Shown: piece after piece, positions 24,801-37,959 of the stretch | Layout: each line of letters begins with the position of its first letter | Position numbering within the stretch: the stretch's first letter is position 1 | Notes under the pieces: model-generated | The model's input: only the letters and a program-made list of their open reading frames with translations | Database searches by the model: none | What the model was told of the DNA's origin: nothing | Assembly (NCBI GenBank): GCA_964016885.1 | Contig: OZ024744.1 | Span: 135,222,001 to 135,286,000 of the forward strand | Direction: 5' to 3' | DNA: 64,000 nt | Source of the DNA: Eledone cirrhosa | Lineage: Eukaryota | Position numbers and translations under genes: made by a program

Positions 24801-27800
24801 TTAAGTTAAGTTGGGGTTAAGTTAAGTTGGGGTTAAGTTAAGTTGGGGTTAAGTTAAGTTGGTGTTAAGTTAAGTTGGGGCTAATTTAAGTTGGGGCTGA
24901 GTTAAGTTGGGGCTGAGTTAAGTTGGGGTTAAGTTAAGTTGGGGTTGAGTTAAGTTGGGGTTACGTTAAGTTGGGGTTAAGTTAAGTTGGGGTTAAGTTA
25001 AGTTGGGGTTTAGTTAAGTTGGTGTTAAGTTAAGTTGCGGGTAATTTAAGTTGGAGTTAAGTTAAGTTGGGGTTAAGTTAACTTGGGGTTAAGTTAAGTT
25101 GGGGTTAAGTTAAGTTGGGGTTAAGTTAAGTTAGGGGTAAGTTAAGTTGGGGGTAAGTTAAGTTGGGGGTAAGTTAAGTTGGGGTTAAGTTAAGTTGGGG
25201 TTAAGTTAAGTTAGGGTTAAGGTAAGTTGGGGTTGAGTTAAGTTGGGGTTAAGTTAAGTTGGGGTTATGTTAAGTTGGGGTTAAGTTAAGTTGCGGTTAA
25301 GTTAAGTTGGGGTTAAGTGAAGTTGGGGTTAAGTTAACTTGGGGTTAAGTTAAGTTGGGGTTAAGTTAAGTTGGGGTTAAGTTAAGTTGGGGAAGTTGGG
25401 GTTAAGTTAAGTTGGGGTTAAGTTAAGTTGGGGTTAAGTTAAGTTGGCGTTAATTTAAGTTGGGGTTAAGTTAAGATGGGGTTAAGTTAAGTTGGGGTTA
25501 AGTTAATTTGGGGTTAAGTTAAGTTGGGGTTGAGTTAATTTGGGGTTAACTTAAGTTGGGGGTACTTAAGTTGGGTTTAAGTTAAGTGGGGTTAAGTTAA
25601 GTTGGGGTTAAGTTAAGTTGGGGTTAAGTTAAGTTGGGGTTAAGTTAGGTTGTGGTTAAGTTAAGTTGGGGGTAAGTTAAGATGGGGTTAAGTTAAGTTG
25701 GGGTTAAGTTAATTTGGGGTTAAGTTAGGGTTAAGTTAAGTTGGGGTTGAGTTAAGTTGGGGTTAAGTTAAGTTGGGGTTATGTTAAGTTGGGGTTAAGT
25801 TAAGTTGGGGTTAAGATGAGTTGGGGTTCAGTTAAGTTGCGGTTAAGTTAAGTTGGGGTTAAGTTAAGTTGGGGTTAAGTTAAGTTGGGGTTAAGTTAAG
25901 TTGGCGTTAATTTAAGTTGGGGTTAAGTTAAGTTGGGGTTAAGTTAAGTTGCGGTTAAATTAAGTTGGGGTTAAGTTAAGTTGGGGTTTATTTAAGTTGG
26001 GGTTAATTAAGTTGGGGTTAAGTTAAGTTGGGGTTAAGTTAAGTTGGGGTTAACTTAAGTTGGGGTTGAGTTAAGTTGGGGTTAAGTTAAGTTGGGGTTA
26101 TATTAAGTTGGAGTTAAGTTAAGTTGGGGTTAAGTTAAGTTGGGGTTCAGTTAAGTTGCGGTTAAGTTAAGTTGGGGTTAAGTTAAGTTGGGGTTAAGTT
26201 AAGTTGGGGTTAAGTTAAGTTGGGGTTAATTTAGGTTGGGGTTAAGTTAAGTTGGTGTTAATTTAAGTTGGGGCTAAGTTAAGTTGGGGCTGAGTTAAGT
26301 TGGGGCTGAGTTAAGTTGGGGTTAAGTTAAGTTGGGGTTGAGTTAAGTTGGGGTTAAGTTAAGTTGGGGTTCAGTTAAGTTGGGGTTCAGTTAAGTTGGG
26401 GTTAAGTTAAGTTGGGGTTTAGTTAAGTTGGGGTTCAGTTAAGTTGGGGTTAAGTTTAGTTTGGGTTAAGTTGGGGTTAAATTAAGTTGGGGTTAAGTTA
26501 AGTTGGGGTTTAGTTAAGTTGGGGTTAAGTTAAGTCGGGGTTAATTTAAGTTGGGGTTAAGTTAAGTTGCGGGTAATTTAAGTTGGAGTTAAGTTAAGTT
26601 GGGGTTAAGTTAAGTTGGGGTTAAGTTAAGTTGGGGTTAAGTTAAGTTGCGGTTAAGTTAAGTTGGGGTTAAGTTAAGTTGGGGTTAAGTTAGATTGTGG
26701 TTAAGTTAAGTTGGGGTTAAGTTAAGTTGGGGTTAAGTTAAGTTGGGGTTAACTTAAGGCGGGGTTAAGTTGAGTTGGGGTTAAGTTAAGTTGGGGTTAA
26801 GTTAAGTTGGGGTTGAGTTAATTTGGGGTTAACTTAAGTTGGGGGTACTTAAGTTGGGTTTAAGTTAAGTGGGGTTAAGTTAAGTTGGGGTTAAGTTAAG
26901 TTGGGGTTCAATTAAGTTGCGGTTATATTAAGTTGGGGTTAAGTTCAGTTGGGGTTGAGTTAAGTTGGGGTTGAGTTAAGTTGGGGGTAAGTTAAGTTGG
27001 GGGTAAGTTAAGTTGGGGTTAATTTAAGTTGGGTCTAATTAAGTTGGGGTGAAGTTAAGTTGGGGTTAAGTTAAGTTGGGGTTGAGTTAATTTGGGGTTA
27101 ACTTAAGTTGGGGTTAAATTAAGTTGGGGTTAAGTTGCGGTTAAGTTAAGTTGGGGTTAAGTTAAGTTGGGGGTAAGTTAAGTTGGTGGTAAGTTAAGTT
27201 GGGGGTAAGTTAAGATGGGGTTAAGTTAAGTTGGGGTTAAGTTAATTTGGGGTTAAGTTAGGGTTAAGTTAAGTTGGGGTTGAGTTAAGTTGGGGTTAAG
27301 TTAAGTTGGGGTTATGTTAAGTTGGGGTTAAGTTAAGTTGGGGTTAAGATGAGTTGGGGTTCAGTTAAGTTGCGGTTAAGTTAAGTTGGGGTTAAGTTAA
27401 GTTGGGGTTAAGTTAAGTTGGGGTTAAGTTAAGTTGGCGTTAATTTAAGTTGGGGTTAAGTTAAGTTGGGGTTAAGTTAAGTTGCGGTTAAATTAAGTTG
27501 GGGTTAAGTTAAGTTGGGGTTTATTTAAGTTGGGGTTAATTAAGTTGGGGTTAAGTTAAGTTGGGGTTAAGTTAAGTTGGGGTTAACTTAAGTTGGGGTT
27601 GAGTTAAGTTGGGGTTAAGTTAAGTTGGGGTTATATTAAGTTGGAGTTAAGTTAAGTTGGGGTTAAGTTAAGTTTGGGTTCAGTTAAGTTGCGGTTAAGT
27701 TAAGTTGGGGTTAAGTTAAGTTGGGGTTTAGTTAACTTGGGGTTAAGTTAAGTTGGGGTTAAGTTAGGTTGGGGTTTAGTTAAGTTGGTGTTAAGTTAAG

Positions 27801-30800
27801 TTGGGGCTAAGTTAAGTTGGGGCTGAGTTAAGTTGGGGCTGAGTTAAGTTGGGGTTAAGTTAAGTTGGGGTTGAGTTAAGTTGGGGTTAAGTTAAGTTGG
27901 GGTTCAGTTAAGTTGGGGTTAAGTTAAGTTGGGGTTAAGTTAAGTTGGGGTTTAGTTAAGTTGGGGTTCAGTTAAGTTGGGGTTAAGTTAAGTTTGGGTT
28001 AAGTTGGGGTTAAATTAAGTTGGGGTTAAGTTAAGTTGGGGTTTAGTTAAGTTGGGGTTAAGTTAAGTCGGGGTTAATTTAAGTTGGGGTTAAGTTAAGT
28101 TGCGGGTAATTTAAGTTGGAGTTAAGTTAAGTTGGGGTTAAGTTAAGTTGGGGTTAAGTTAAGTTGGGGTTAAGTTAAGTTGCGGTTAAGTTAAGTTGGG
28201 GTTAAGTTAAGTTGGGGTTAAGTTAGATTGTGGTTAAGTTAAGTTGGGGTTAAGTTAAGTTGGGGTTAAGTTAAGTTGGGGTTAAGTTAAGGCGGGGTTA
28301 AGTTGAGTTGGGGTTAAGTTAAGTTGGGGTTAAGTTAAGTTGGGGTTGAGTTAATTTGGGGTTAACTTAAGTTGGGGGTACTTAAGTTGGGTTTAAGTTA
28401 AGTGGGGTTAAGTTAAGTTGGGGTTAAGTTAAGTTGGGGTTAAGTTAAGTTGGGGTTAAGTTAGGTTGTGGTTAAGTTAAGTTGGGGGTAAGTTAAGTTG
28501 GGGGTAAGTTAAGTTGGGGTTAATTTAAGTTGGGTCTAATTAAGTTGGGGTTAAGTTAAGTTGGGGTTAAGTTAAGTTGGGTTGAGTTAATTTGGGGTTA
28601 ACTTAAGTTGGGGGTACTTAAGTTGGGTTTAAGTTAAGTGGGGTTAAGTGAAGTTGGGGTTAAGTTAAGTTGGGGGTAAGTTAAGTTGGGGGTAAGTTAA
28701 GTTGGGGTTAATTTAAGTTGGGTCAAATTAAGTTGGGGTTAAGTTAAGTTGGGGTTGAGTTAAGTTGGGGTTAAATTAAGTTGGGGTTAAGTTAAGTTGG
28801 GGTTAAGTTAAGTTGGGGTTAAGTTAAGTTGGGGGTAAGTTAGTTGGTGGTAAGTTAAGTTGGGGGTAAGTTAAGATGGGGTTAAGTTAAGTTGGGGTTA
28901 AGTTAATTTGGGGTTAAGTTAGGGTTAAGTTAAGTTGGGGTTGAGTTAAGTTGGGGGTAATTTAAGTTGGAGTTAAGTTAAGTTGGGGTTAATTTAAGTT
29001 GGGGTTAAGTTAAGTTGGGGTTAAGTTAAGTTAGGGGTAAGTTAAGTTGGGGGTAAGTTAAGTTGGGGGTAAGTTAAGTTGGGGTTAAGTTAAGTTAGGG
29101 TTAAGGTAAGTTGGGGTTGAGTTAAGTTGGGGTTAAGTTAAGTTGGGGTTAAATTAAGTTGGGGTTAAGTTAAGTTGGGGTTAATTTAAGTTGGGGATAA
29201 GATAAGTTGGGGTTAAGTTAAGTTGGGGTTGATTTAAGTTGGGGTTGAGTTAATTTGGGGTTAACTTAAGTTGGGGTTAAGTTAAGATGGGGTTAAGTTA
29301 AATTGGGGTTAAGTTAAGTTGGGGTTAAGTTAAGTTGGGGCTAAGTTAAGTTGGTGGTAAGTTAAGTTGGGGGTAAGTTAAGATGGGGTTAAGTTAAGTT
29401 GGGGTTAAGTTAATTTGGGGTTAAGTTAGGGTTAAGTTAAGTTGGGGTTGAGTTAAGTTGGGGTTAAGTTAAGTTGGGGTTATGTTAAGTTGGGGTTAAG
29501 TTGAGTTGGGGTTAAGTTAAGTTGGGGTTAAGTTAAGTTGGGGTTAATTTAAGTTGGGGTTAAGTTAAGTTGGGGTTAAGTTAAGTTGGGGTTAAGTTAA
29601 GTTGGGGTTAAGTTAAGTTGGGGTTAAATTAAGTTGGGGTTAAGTTAAGTTGGGGTTAATGTAAGTTGGGGTTCAGTTAAGTTGCGGTTATATTAAGTTG
29701 GGGTTAAGTTAAGTTGGGGTTAAGTTAAGTTGGGGTTAAGTTAATTTGGGGTTAATTTAAGTTGGGGTTAAGTTAAGTTGGGGTTAAGTTAATTTGTGGT
29801 TAAGTTGGGGTTAAGTTCAGTTGGGGTTAAGTTCAGTCGGGGTTAAGTTAAGTTGGGGTTGAGTTAAGTTGGGGTTAAGTTAAGTTGGGGTTGAGTTAAG
29901 TTGGGGTTAAGTTAAGTTGGTGTTAAGATAAGTTGGGGTTAAGTTAAGTTGGGGTTGAGTTATGTTGGGGTTGATTTAATTTGGGGTTAAGTTAAGTTGG
30001 GGTTAACTTAAGTTGGGTTTAAGTTAAGTTGGGTTTAAGTTAAGTTGGGGTTAAATTAAGTTGGGGTTAAGTTAAGTTGGGGGTAAGTTAAGTTGGGGTT
30101 AGTTAAGTTGCGGTTAAGTTAAGTTGGGGTTAAGTTAAGTTGGGGTTAAGTTAAGTTGGGGTTAAGTTAAGTTGGGGTTAATTTAAGTTGGGGTTAAGTT
30201 AAGTTGGGGTTAATTTAAGTTGGGGTTAATTTAAGTTGGGGTTAAGTTAAGTTGGGGTTAAGTTAAGTTGGGGTTAAGTTAAGTTGGGGGTAACTTAAGT
30301 TGGGGGTGAGTCAAGTTGGGGTTAATTTAAGTTGGGGTTAAGTTGGGGTTAAGTTAAGTTAGGGTTAAGTTAAGTTGGGGTTGAGTTAAGTTGGGGTTAA
30401 GTTAAGTGGTGGTTATGTTAAGTTGGGGTTAAGTTAAGTTGGGGTTAAGTTAAATTGGGGTTAAGTTAAGTTGCGGTTATGTTAAGTTGGGGTTAAGTTA
30501 AGTTGGGCTTAAGTTAAGTTGGGGTTAAGTTAAGTTGGGGTTAAGTTAAGTCGGGGTTAAGATAAGTTGGGGTTAAGTTAAGTTGGGATTAAGTTAATTT
30601 GGGGTTAAGTTAAGTTGGGGTTAAGTTAAGTTGGGGTTAAGTTAAGTTGAGGTTAAGTTAAGTTGGGGTTAAATTAAGTTGGGGTTAAGTTAAGCTGGGG
30701 TTAAGTTAAGTTAGGGTTAATTAAATTGGGTTTCAGTTAAGTTGGGGTTAATTTAAGTTGGGGTTAAGTTAAGTTGGGGCTGAGTTAAGTTGGGGCTGAG

Positions 30801-33800
30801 TTAAGTTGGGGTTAAGTTAAGTTGGGGTTGAGTTAAGTTGGGGTTACGTTAAGTTGGGGTTAAGTTAAGTTGGGGTTAAGTTAAGTTGGGGTTTAGTTAA
30901 GTTGGTGTTAAGTTAAGTTGCGGGTAATTTAAGTTGGAGTTAAGTTAAGTTGGGGTTAAGTTAACTTGGGGTTAAGTTAAGTTGGGGTTAAGTTAAGTTG
31001 GGGTTAAGTTAAGTTAGGGGTAAGTTAAGTTGGGGGTAAGTTAAGTTGGGGGTAAGTTAAGTTGGGGTTAAGTTAAGTTGGGGTTAAGTTAAGTTAGGGT
31101 TAAGGTAAGTTGGGGTTGAGTTAAGTTGGGGTTAAGTTAAGTTGGGGTTATGTTAAGTTGGGGTTAAGTTAAGTTGCGGTTAAGTTAAGTTGGGGTTAAG
31201 TGAAGTTGGGGTTAAGTTAACTTGGGGTTAAGTTAAGTTGGGGTTAAGTTAAGTTGGGGTTAAGTTAAGTTGGGGAAGTTGGGGTTAAGTTAAGTTGGGG
31301 TTAAGTTAAGTTGGGGTTAAGTTAAGTTGGCGTTAATTTAAGTTGGGGTTAAGTTAAGATGGGGTTAAGTTAAGTTGGGGTTAAGTTAATTTGGGGTTAA
31401 GTTAAGTTGGGGTTGAGTTAATTTGGGGTTAACTTAAGTTGGGGGTACTTAAGTTGGGTTTAAGTTAAGTGGGGTTAAGTTAAGTTGGGGTTAAGTTAAG
31501 TTGGGGTTAAGTTAAGTTGGGGTTAAGTTAGGTTGTGGTTAAGTTAAGTTGGGGGTAAGTTAAGATGGGGTTAAGTTAAGTTGGGGTTAAGTTAATTTGG
31601 GGTTAAGTTAGGGTTAAGTTAAGTTGGGGTTGAGTTAAGTTGGGGTTAAGTTAAGTTGGGGTTATGTTAAGTTGGGGTTAAGTTAAGTTGGGGTTAAGAT
31701 GAGTTGGGGTTCAGTTAAGTTGCGGTTAAGTTAAGTTGGGGTTAAGTTAAGTTGGGGTTAAGTTAAGTTGGGGTTAAGTTAAGTTGGCGTTAATTTAAGT
31801 TGGGGTTAAGTTAAGTTGGGGTTAAGTTAAGTTGCGGTTAAATTAAGTTGGGGTTAAGTTAAGTTGGGGTTTATTTAAGTTGGGGTTAATTAAGTTGGGG
31901 TTAAGTTAAGTTGGGGTTAACTTAAGTTGGGGTTGAGTTAAGTTGGGGTTAAGTTAAGTTGGGGTTATATTAAGTTGGAGTTAAGTTAAGTTGGGGTTAA
32001 GTTAAGTTGGGGTTCAGTTAAGTTGCGGTTAAGTTAAGTTGGGGTTAAGTTAAGTTGGGGTTAAGTTAAGTTGGGGTTAAGTTAAGTTGGGGTTAATTTA
32101 GGTTGGGGTTAAGTTAAGTTGGTGTTAATTTAAGTTGGGGCTAAGTTAAGTTGGGGCTGAGTTAAGTTGGGGCTGAGTTAAGTTGGGGTTAAGTTAAGTT
32201 GGGGTTGAGTTAAGTTGGGGTTAAGTTAAGTTGGGGTTCAGTTAAGTTGGGGTTCAGTTAAGTTGGGGTTAAGTTAAGTTGGGGTTTAGTTAAGTTGGGG
32301 TTCAGTTAAGTTGGGGTTAAGTTTAGTTTGGGTTAAGTTGGGGTTAAATTAAGTTGGGGTTAAGTTAAGTTGGGGTTTAGTTAAGTTGGGGTTAAGTTAA
32401 GTCGGGGTTAATTTAAGTTGGGGTTAAGTTAAGTTGCGGGTAATTTAAGTTGGAGTTAAGTTAAGTTGGGGTTAAGTTAAGTTGGGGTTAAGTTAAGTTG
32501 GGGTTAAGTTAAGTTGCGGTTAAGTTAAGTTGGGGTTAAGTTAAGTTGGGGTTAAGTTAGATTGTGGTTAAGTTAAGTTGGGGTTAAGTTAAGTTGGGGT
32601 TAAGTTAAGTTGGGGTTAAGTTAAGGCGGGGTTAAGTTGAGTTGGGGTTAAGTTAAGTTGGGGTTAAGTTAAGTTGGGGTTGAGTTAATTTGGGGTTAAC
32701 TTAAGTTGGGGGTACTTAAGTTGGGTTTAAGTTAAGTGGGGTTAAGTTAAGTTGGGGTTAAGTTAAGTTGGGGTTCAATTAAGTTGCGGTTATATTAAGT
32801 TGGGGTTAAGTTCAGTTGGGGTTGAGTTAAGTTGGGGTTGAGTTAAGTTGGGGGTAAGTTAAGTTGGGGGTAAGTTAAGTTGGGGTTAATTTAAGTTGGG
32901 TCTAATTAAGTTGGGGTGAAGTTAAGTTGGGGTTAAGTTAAGTTGGGGTTGAGTTAATTTGGGGTTAACTTAAGTTGGGGTTAAATTAAGTTGGGGTTAA
33001 GTTGCGGTTAAGTTAAGTTGGGGTTAAGTTAAGTTGGGGGTAAGTTAAGTTGGTGGTAAGTTAAGTTGGGGGTAAGTTAAGATGGGGTTAAGTTAAGTTG
33101 GGGTTAAGTTAATTTGGGGTTAAGTTAGGGTTAAGTTAAGTTGGGGTTGAGTTAAGTTGGGGTTAAGTTAAGTTGGGGTTATGTTAAGTTGGGGTTAAGT
33201 TAAGTTGGGGTTAAGATGAGTTGGGGTTCAGTTAAGTTGCGGTTAAGTTAAGTTGGGGTTAAGTTAAGTTGGGGTTAAGTTAAGTTGGGGTTAAGTTAAG
33301 TTGGCGTTAATTTAAGTTGGGGTTAAGTTAAGTTGGGGTTAAGTTAAGTTGCGGTTAAATTAAGTTGGGGTTAAGTTAAGTTGGGGTTTATTTAAGTTGG
33401 GGTTAATTAAGTTGGGGTTAAGTTAAGTTGGGGTTAAGTTAAGTTGGGGTTAACTTAAGTTGGGGTTGAGTTAAGTTGGGGTTAAGTTAAGTTGGGGTTA
33501 TATTAAGTTGGAGTTAAGTTAAGTTGGGGTTAAGTTAAGTTTGGGTTCAGTTAAGTTGCGGTTAAGTTAAGTTGGGGTTAAGTTAAGTTGGGGTTTAGTT
33601 AACTTGGGGTTAAGTTAAGTTGGGGTTAAGTTAGGTTGGGGTTTAGTTAAGTTGGTGTTAAGTTAAGTTGGGGCTAAGTTAAGTTGGGGCTGAGTTAAGT
33701 TGGGGCTGAGTTAAGTTGGGGTTAAGTTAAGTTGGGGTTGAGTTAAGTTGGGGTTAAGTTAAGTTGGGGTTCAGTTAAGTTGGGGTTAAGTTAAGTTGGG

Positions 33801-35000
33801 GTTAAGTTAAGTTGGGGTTTAGTTAAGTTGGGGTTCAGTTAAGTTGGGGTTAAGTTAAGTTTGGGTTAAGTTGGGGTTAAATTAAGTTGGGGTTAAGTTA
33901 AGTTGGGGTTTAGTTAAGTTGGGGTTAAGTTAAGTCGGGGTTAATTTAAGTTGGGGTTAAGTTAAGTTGCGGGTAATTTAAGTTGGAGTTAAGTTAAGTT
34001 GGGGTTAAGTTAAGTTGGGGTTAAGTTAAGTTGGGGTTAAGTTAAGTTGCGGTTAAGTTAAGTTGGGGTTAAGTTAAGTTGGGGTTAAGTTAGATTGTGG
34101 TTAAGTTAAGTTGGGGTTAAGTTAAGTTGGGGTTAAGTTAAGTTGGGGTTAAGTTAAGGCGGGGTTAAGTTGAGTTGGGGTTAAGTTAAGTTGGGGTTAA
34201 GTTAAGTTGGGGTTGAGTTAATTTGGGGTTAACTTAAGTTGGGGGTACTTAAGTTGGGTTTAAGTTAAGTGGGGTTAAGTTAAGTTGGGGTTAAGTTAAG
34301 TTGGGGTTAAGTTAAGTTGGGGTTAAGTTAGGTTGTGGTTAAGTTAAGTTGGGGGTAAGTTAAGTTGGGGGTAAGTTAAGTTGGGGTTAATTTAAGTTGG
34401 GTCTAATTAAGTTGGGGTTAAGTTAAGTTGGGGTTAAGTTAAGTTGGGTTGAGTTAATTTGGGGTTAACTTAAGTTGGGGGTACTTAAGTTGGGTTTAAG
34501 TTAAGTGGGGTTAAGTGAAGTTGGGGTTAAGTTAAGTTGGGGGTAAGTTAAGTTGGGGGTAAGTTAAGTTGGGGTTAATTTAAGTTGGGTCAAATTAAGT
34601 TGGGGTTAAGTTAAGTTGGGGTTGAGTTAAGTTGGGGTTAAATTAAGTTGGGGTTAAGTTAAGTTGGGGTTAAGTTAAGTTGGGGTTAAGTTAAGTTGGG
34701 GGTAAGTTAGTTGGTGGTAAGTTAAGTTGGGGGTAAGTTAAGATGGGGTTAAGTTAAGTTGGGGTTAAGTTAATTTGGGGTTAAGTTAGGGTTAAGTTAA
34801 GTTGGGGTTGAGTTAAGTTGGGGGTAATTTAAGTTGGAGTTAAGTTAAGTTGGGGTTAATTTAAGTTGGGGTTAAGTTAAGTTGGGGTTAAGTTAAGTTA
34901 GGGGTAAGTTAAGTTGGGGGTAAGTTAAGTTGGGGGTAAGTTAAGTTGGGGTTAAGTTAAGTTAGGGTTAAGGTAAGTTGGGGTTGAGTTAAGTTGGGGT
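23130..35000 (+). repeat. Tandem duplication of a ~5.9-6.0 kb block (copies ~23130-29140 and ~29140-35000)
   Basis: Paired markers: ttaatgtaag 23645/29656 and gataagataag 23185/29196 (offset 6011); ggggaagtt 25389/31272 (5883); ggggtgaag 27046/32913 and ttagttggtgg 28840/34707 (5867). Confidence 0.88.
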
Positions 35001-37959
35001 TAAGTTAAGTTGGGGTTATGTTAAGTTGGGGTTAAGTTAAGTTGCGGTTAAGTTAAGTTGGGGTTAAGTGAAGTTGGGGTTAAGTTAACTTGGGGTTAAG
35101 TTAAGTTGGGGTTAAGTTAAGTTGGGGTTAAGTTAAGTTGGGGTTCAGTTAGATTGTGGTTAAGTTAAGTTGGGGTTAAGTTAAGTTGGGGTTAAGTTAA
35201 GTTGGGGTTAACTTAAGTTGGGGGTACTTAAGTTGGGTTTAAGTTAAGTGGGGTTAAGTTAAGTTGGGGTTAAGTTAAGTTGGGGTTAAGTTAAGTTGGG
35301 GTTAAGATAGGTTGTGGTTAAGTTAAGTTGGGGGTAAGTTAAGTTGGGGTTAATTTAAGTTGGGTCTAATTAAGTTGGGGTTAAGTTAAGTTATGGTTAA
35401 GTTAAGTTGGGGTTGAGTTAATTTGGGGTTAACTTAAGTTGGGGGTACTTAAGTTGGGTTTAAGTTAAGTGGGGTTAAGTTAAGTTGGGGTTAAGTTAAA
35501 TTGGGGGTAAGTTAAGTTGGGGGTAAGTTAAGTTGGAGTTAATTTAAGTTGGGTCAAATTAAGTTGGGGTTAAGTTAAGTTGGGGTTAAGTTAAGTTGGG
35601 GTTAAATTAAGTTGGAGTTAAGTTAAGTTGGGGTTAAATTAAGTTTGGGTTAAGTTAAGTTTGGGTTAAGTTAAGTTGGGGTTAAGTTAAGTTGGGGGTC
35701 AGTTAAGTTGGTGGTAAGTTAAGTTGGGGGTAAGTTAAGATGGGGTTGAGTTAAGTTGGGGTTAAGTTAATTTGGGGTTAAGTTAGGGTTAAGTTAAGTT
35801 GGGGTTGAGTTAAGTTGGGGTTAAGTTAAGTTGGGGTTATGTTAAGTTGGGGTTAAGTTAAGTTGGGGTTAAGATGAGTTGGGGTTCAGTTAAGTTGCGG
35901 TTAAGTCAAGTTGGGGTTAAGTTAAGTTGGGGTTAAGTTAAGTTGGGGTTAAGTTAAGTTGGCGTTAATTTAAGTTGGGGTTAAGTTAAGTTGGGGTTAA
36001 GTTAAGTTGGGGTTAAATTAAGTTGGGGTTAAGTTAAGTTGGGGTTAATTTAAGTTGGGGATAAGATAAGTTGGGGTTAAGTTAAGTTGGGGTTGAGTTA
36101 AGTTGGGGTTGAGTTAATTTGGGGTTAACTTAAGTTGGGGTTAAGTTAAGTTGGGGTTAAGTTAAATTGGGGTTAAGTTAAGTTGGGGTTAAGTTAAGTT
36201 GGGGGTAAGTTAAGTTGGGGTTAGTTAAGTTGCGGTTAAGTTAAGTTGGGGTTAAGTTAAGTTGGGGTTAAGTTAAGTTGGGGTTAAGTTAAGTTGGGGT
36301 TAATTTAAGTTGGGGTTAAGTTAAGTTGGGGTTAATTTAAGTTGGGGTTAATTTAAGTTGGGGTTAAGTTAAGTTGGGGTTAAGTTAAGTTGGGGTTAAG
36401 TTAAGTTGGGGGTAACTTAAGTTGGGGGTGAGTTAAGTTGGGGTTAATTTAAGTTGGGGTTAAGTTGGGGTTAAGTTAAGTTAGGGTTAAGTTAAGTTGG
36501 GGTTGAGTTAAGTTGGGGTTAAGTTAAGTGGTGATTATGTTAAGTTGGGGTTAAGTTAAGTTGGGGTTAAGTTAAATTGGGGTTAAGTTAAGTTGCGGTT
36601 ATGTTAAGTTGGGGTTAAGTTAAGTTGGGGTTAAGTTAAGTTGGGGTTAAGTTAAGTTGGGGTTAAGTTAAGTCGGGGTTAAGATAAGTTGGGGTTAAGT
36701 TAAGTTGGGATTAAGTTAATTTGGGGTTAAGTTAAGTTGGGGTTAAGTTAAGTTGGGGTTAAGTTAAGTTGAGGTTAAGTTAAGTTGGGGTTAAATTAAG
36801 TTGGGGTTAAGTTAAGCTGGGGTTAAGTTAAGTTAGGGTTAATTAAATTGGGTTTCAGATAAGTTGGGGTTAATTTAAGTTGGGGTTAAGTTAAGTTGGG
36901 GTTAAGTTAAGTTGGTTAGTTAAGTTGAGTTTAAATTAAGTTGGGGTTAAGTTAAGTTGCGGTTAAGTTAAGTTTGGGTTAAGTTAAGTTGGGGTTAAGT
37001 TAAGTTGGGGTTAAGTTAAGTTGGGGTTAAGTTAAGTTGGGGTTAAGTTAAGTTGGTGTTAAGTTAAGTTGGGGCTAATTTAAGTTGGGGCTGAGTTAAG
37101 TTGGGGCTGAGTTAAGTTGGGGTTAAGTTAAGTTGGGGTTGAGTTAAGTTGGGGTTACGTTAAGTTGGGGTTAAGTTAAGTTGGGGTTAAGTTAAGTTGG
37201 GGTTTAGTTAAGTTGGGGTTCAGTTAAGTTGGGGTTAAGTTAAGTTTGGGTTAAGTTGGGGTTAAATTAAGTTGGGGTTAAGTTAAGTTGGGATTTAGTT
37301 AAGTTGGGGTTAAGTTAAGTCGGGGTTAATTTAAGTTGGTGTTAAGTTAAGTTGCGGGTAATTTAAGTTGGAGTTAAGTTAAGTTGGGGTTAAGTTAAGT
37401 TGGGGTTAAGTTAAGTTGGGGTTAAGTTAAGTTGGGGTTAAGTTAAGTTAGGGGTAAGTTAAGTTGGGGGTAAGTTAAGTTGGGGGTAAGTTAAGTTGGG
37501 GTTAAGTTAAGTTGGGGTTAAGTTAAGTTAGGGTTAATGTAAGTTGGGGTTGAGTTAAGTTGGGGTTAAGTTAAGTTGGGGTTATGTTAAGTTGGGGTTA
37601 AGTTAAGTTGCGGTTAAGTTAAGTTGGGTTTAAGTGAAGTTGGGGTTAAGTTAACTTGGGGTTAAGTTAAGTTGGGGTTAAGTTAAGTTGGGGTTAAGTT
37701 AAGTTGGGGAAGTTGGGGTTAAGTTAAGTTGGGGTTAAGTTAAGTTGGGGTTAAGTTAAGTTGGCGTTAATTTAAGTTGGGGTTAAGTTAAGATGGGGTT
37801 AAGTTAAGTTGGGGTTAAGTTAATTTGGGGTTAAGTTAAGTTGGGGTTGAGTTAATTTGGGGTTAACTTAAGTTGGGGGTACTTAAGTTGGGTTTAAGTT
37901 AAGTGGGGTTAAGTTAAGTTGGGGTTAAGTTAAGTTGGGGTTAAGTTAGGTTGTGGTTA

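Noticed and set aside
26231-27774. Exact TTAGGTTGGGG motifs (26231, 27764 and their HOR copies) as relic telomere repeats
   Set aside because: Each is a single A>G change from the consensus that was then spread by block duplication, so it is not independent evidence of ancestry.
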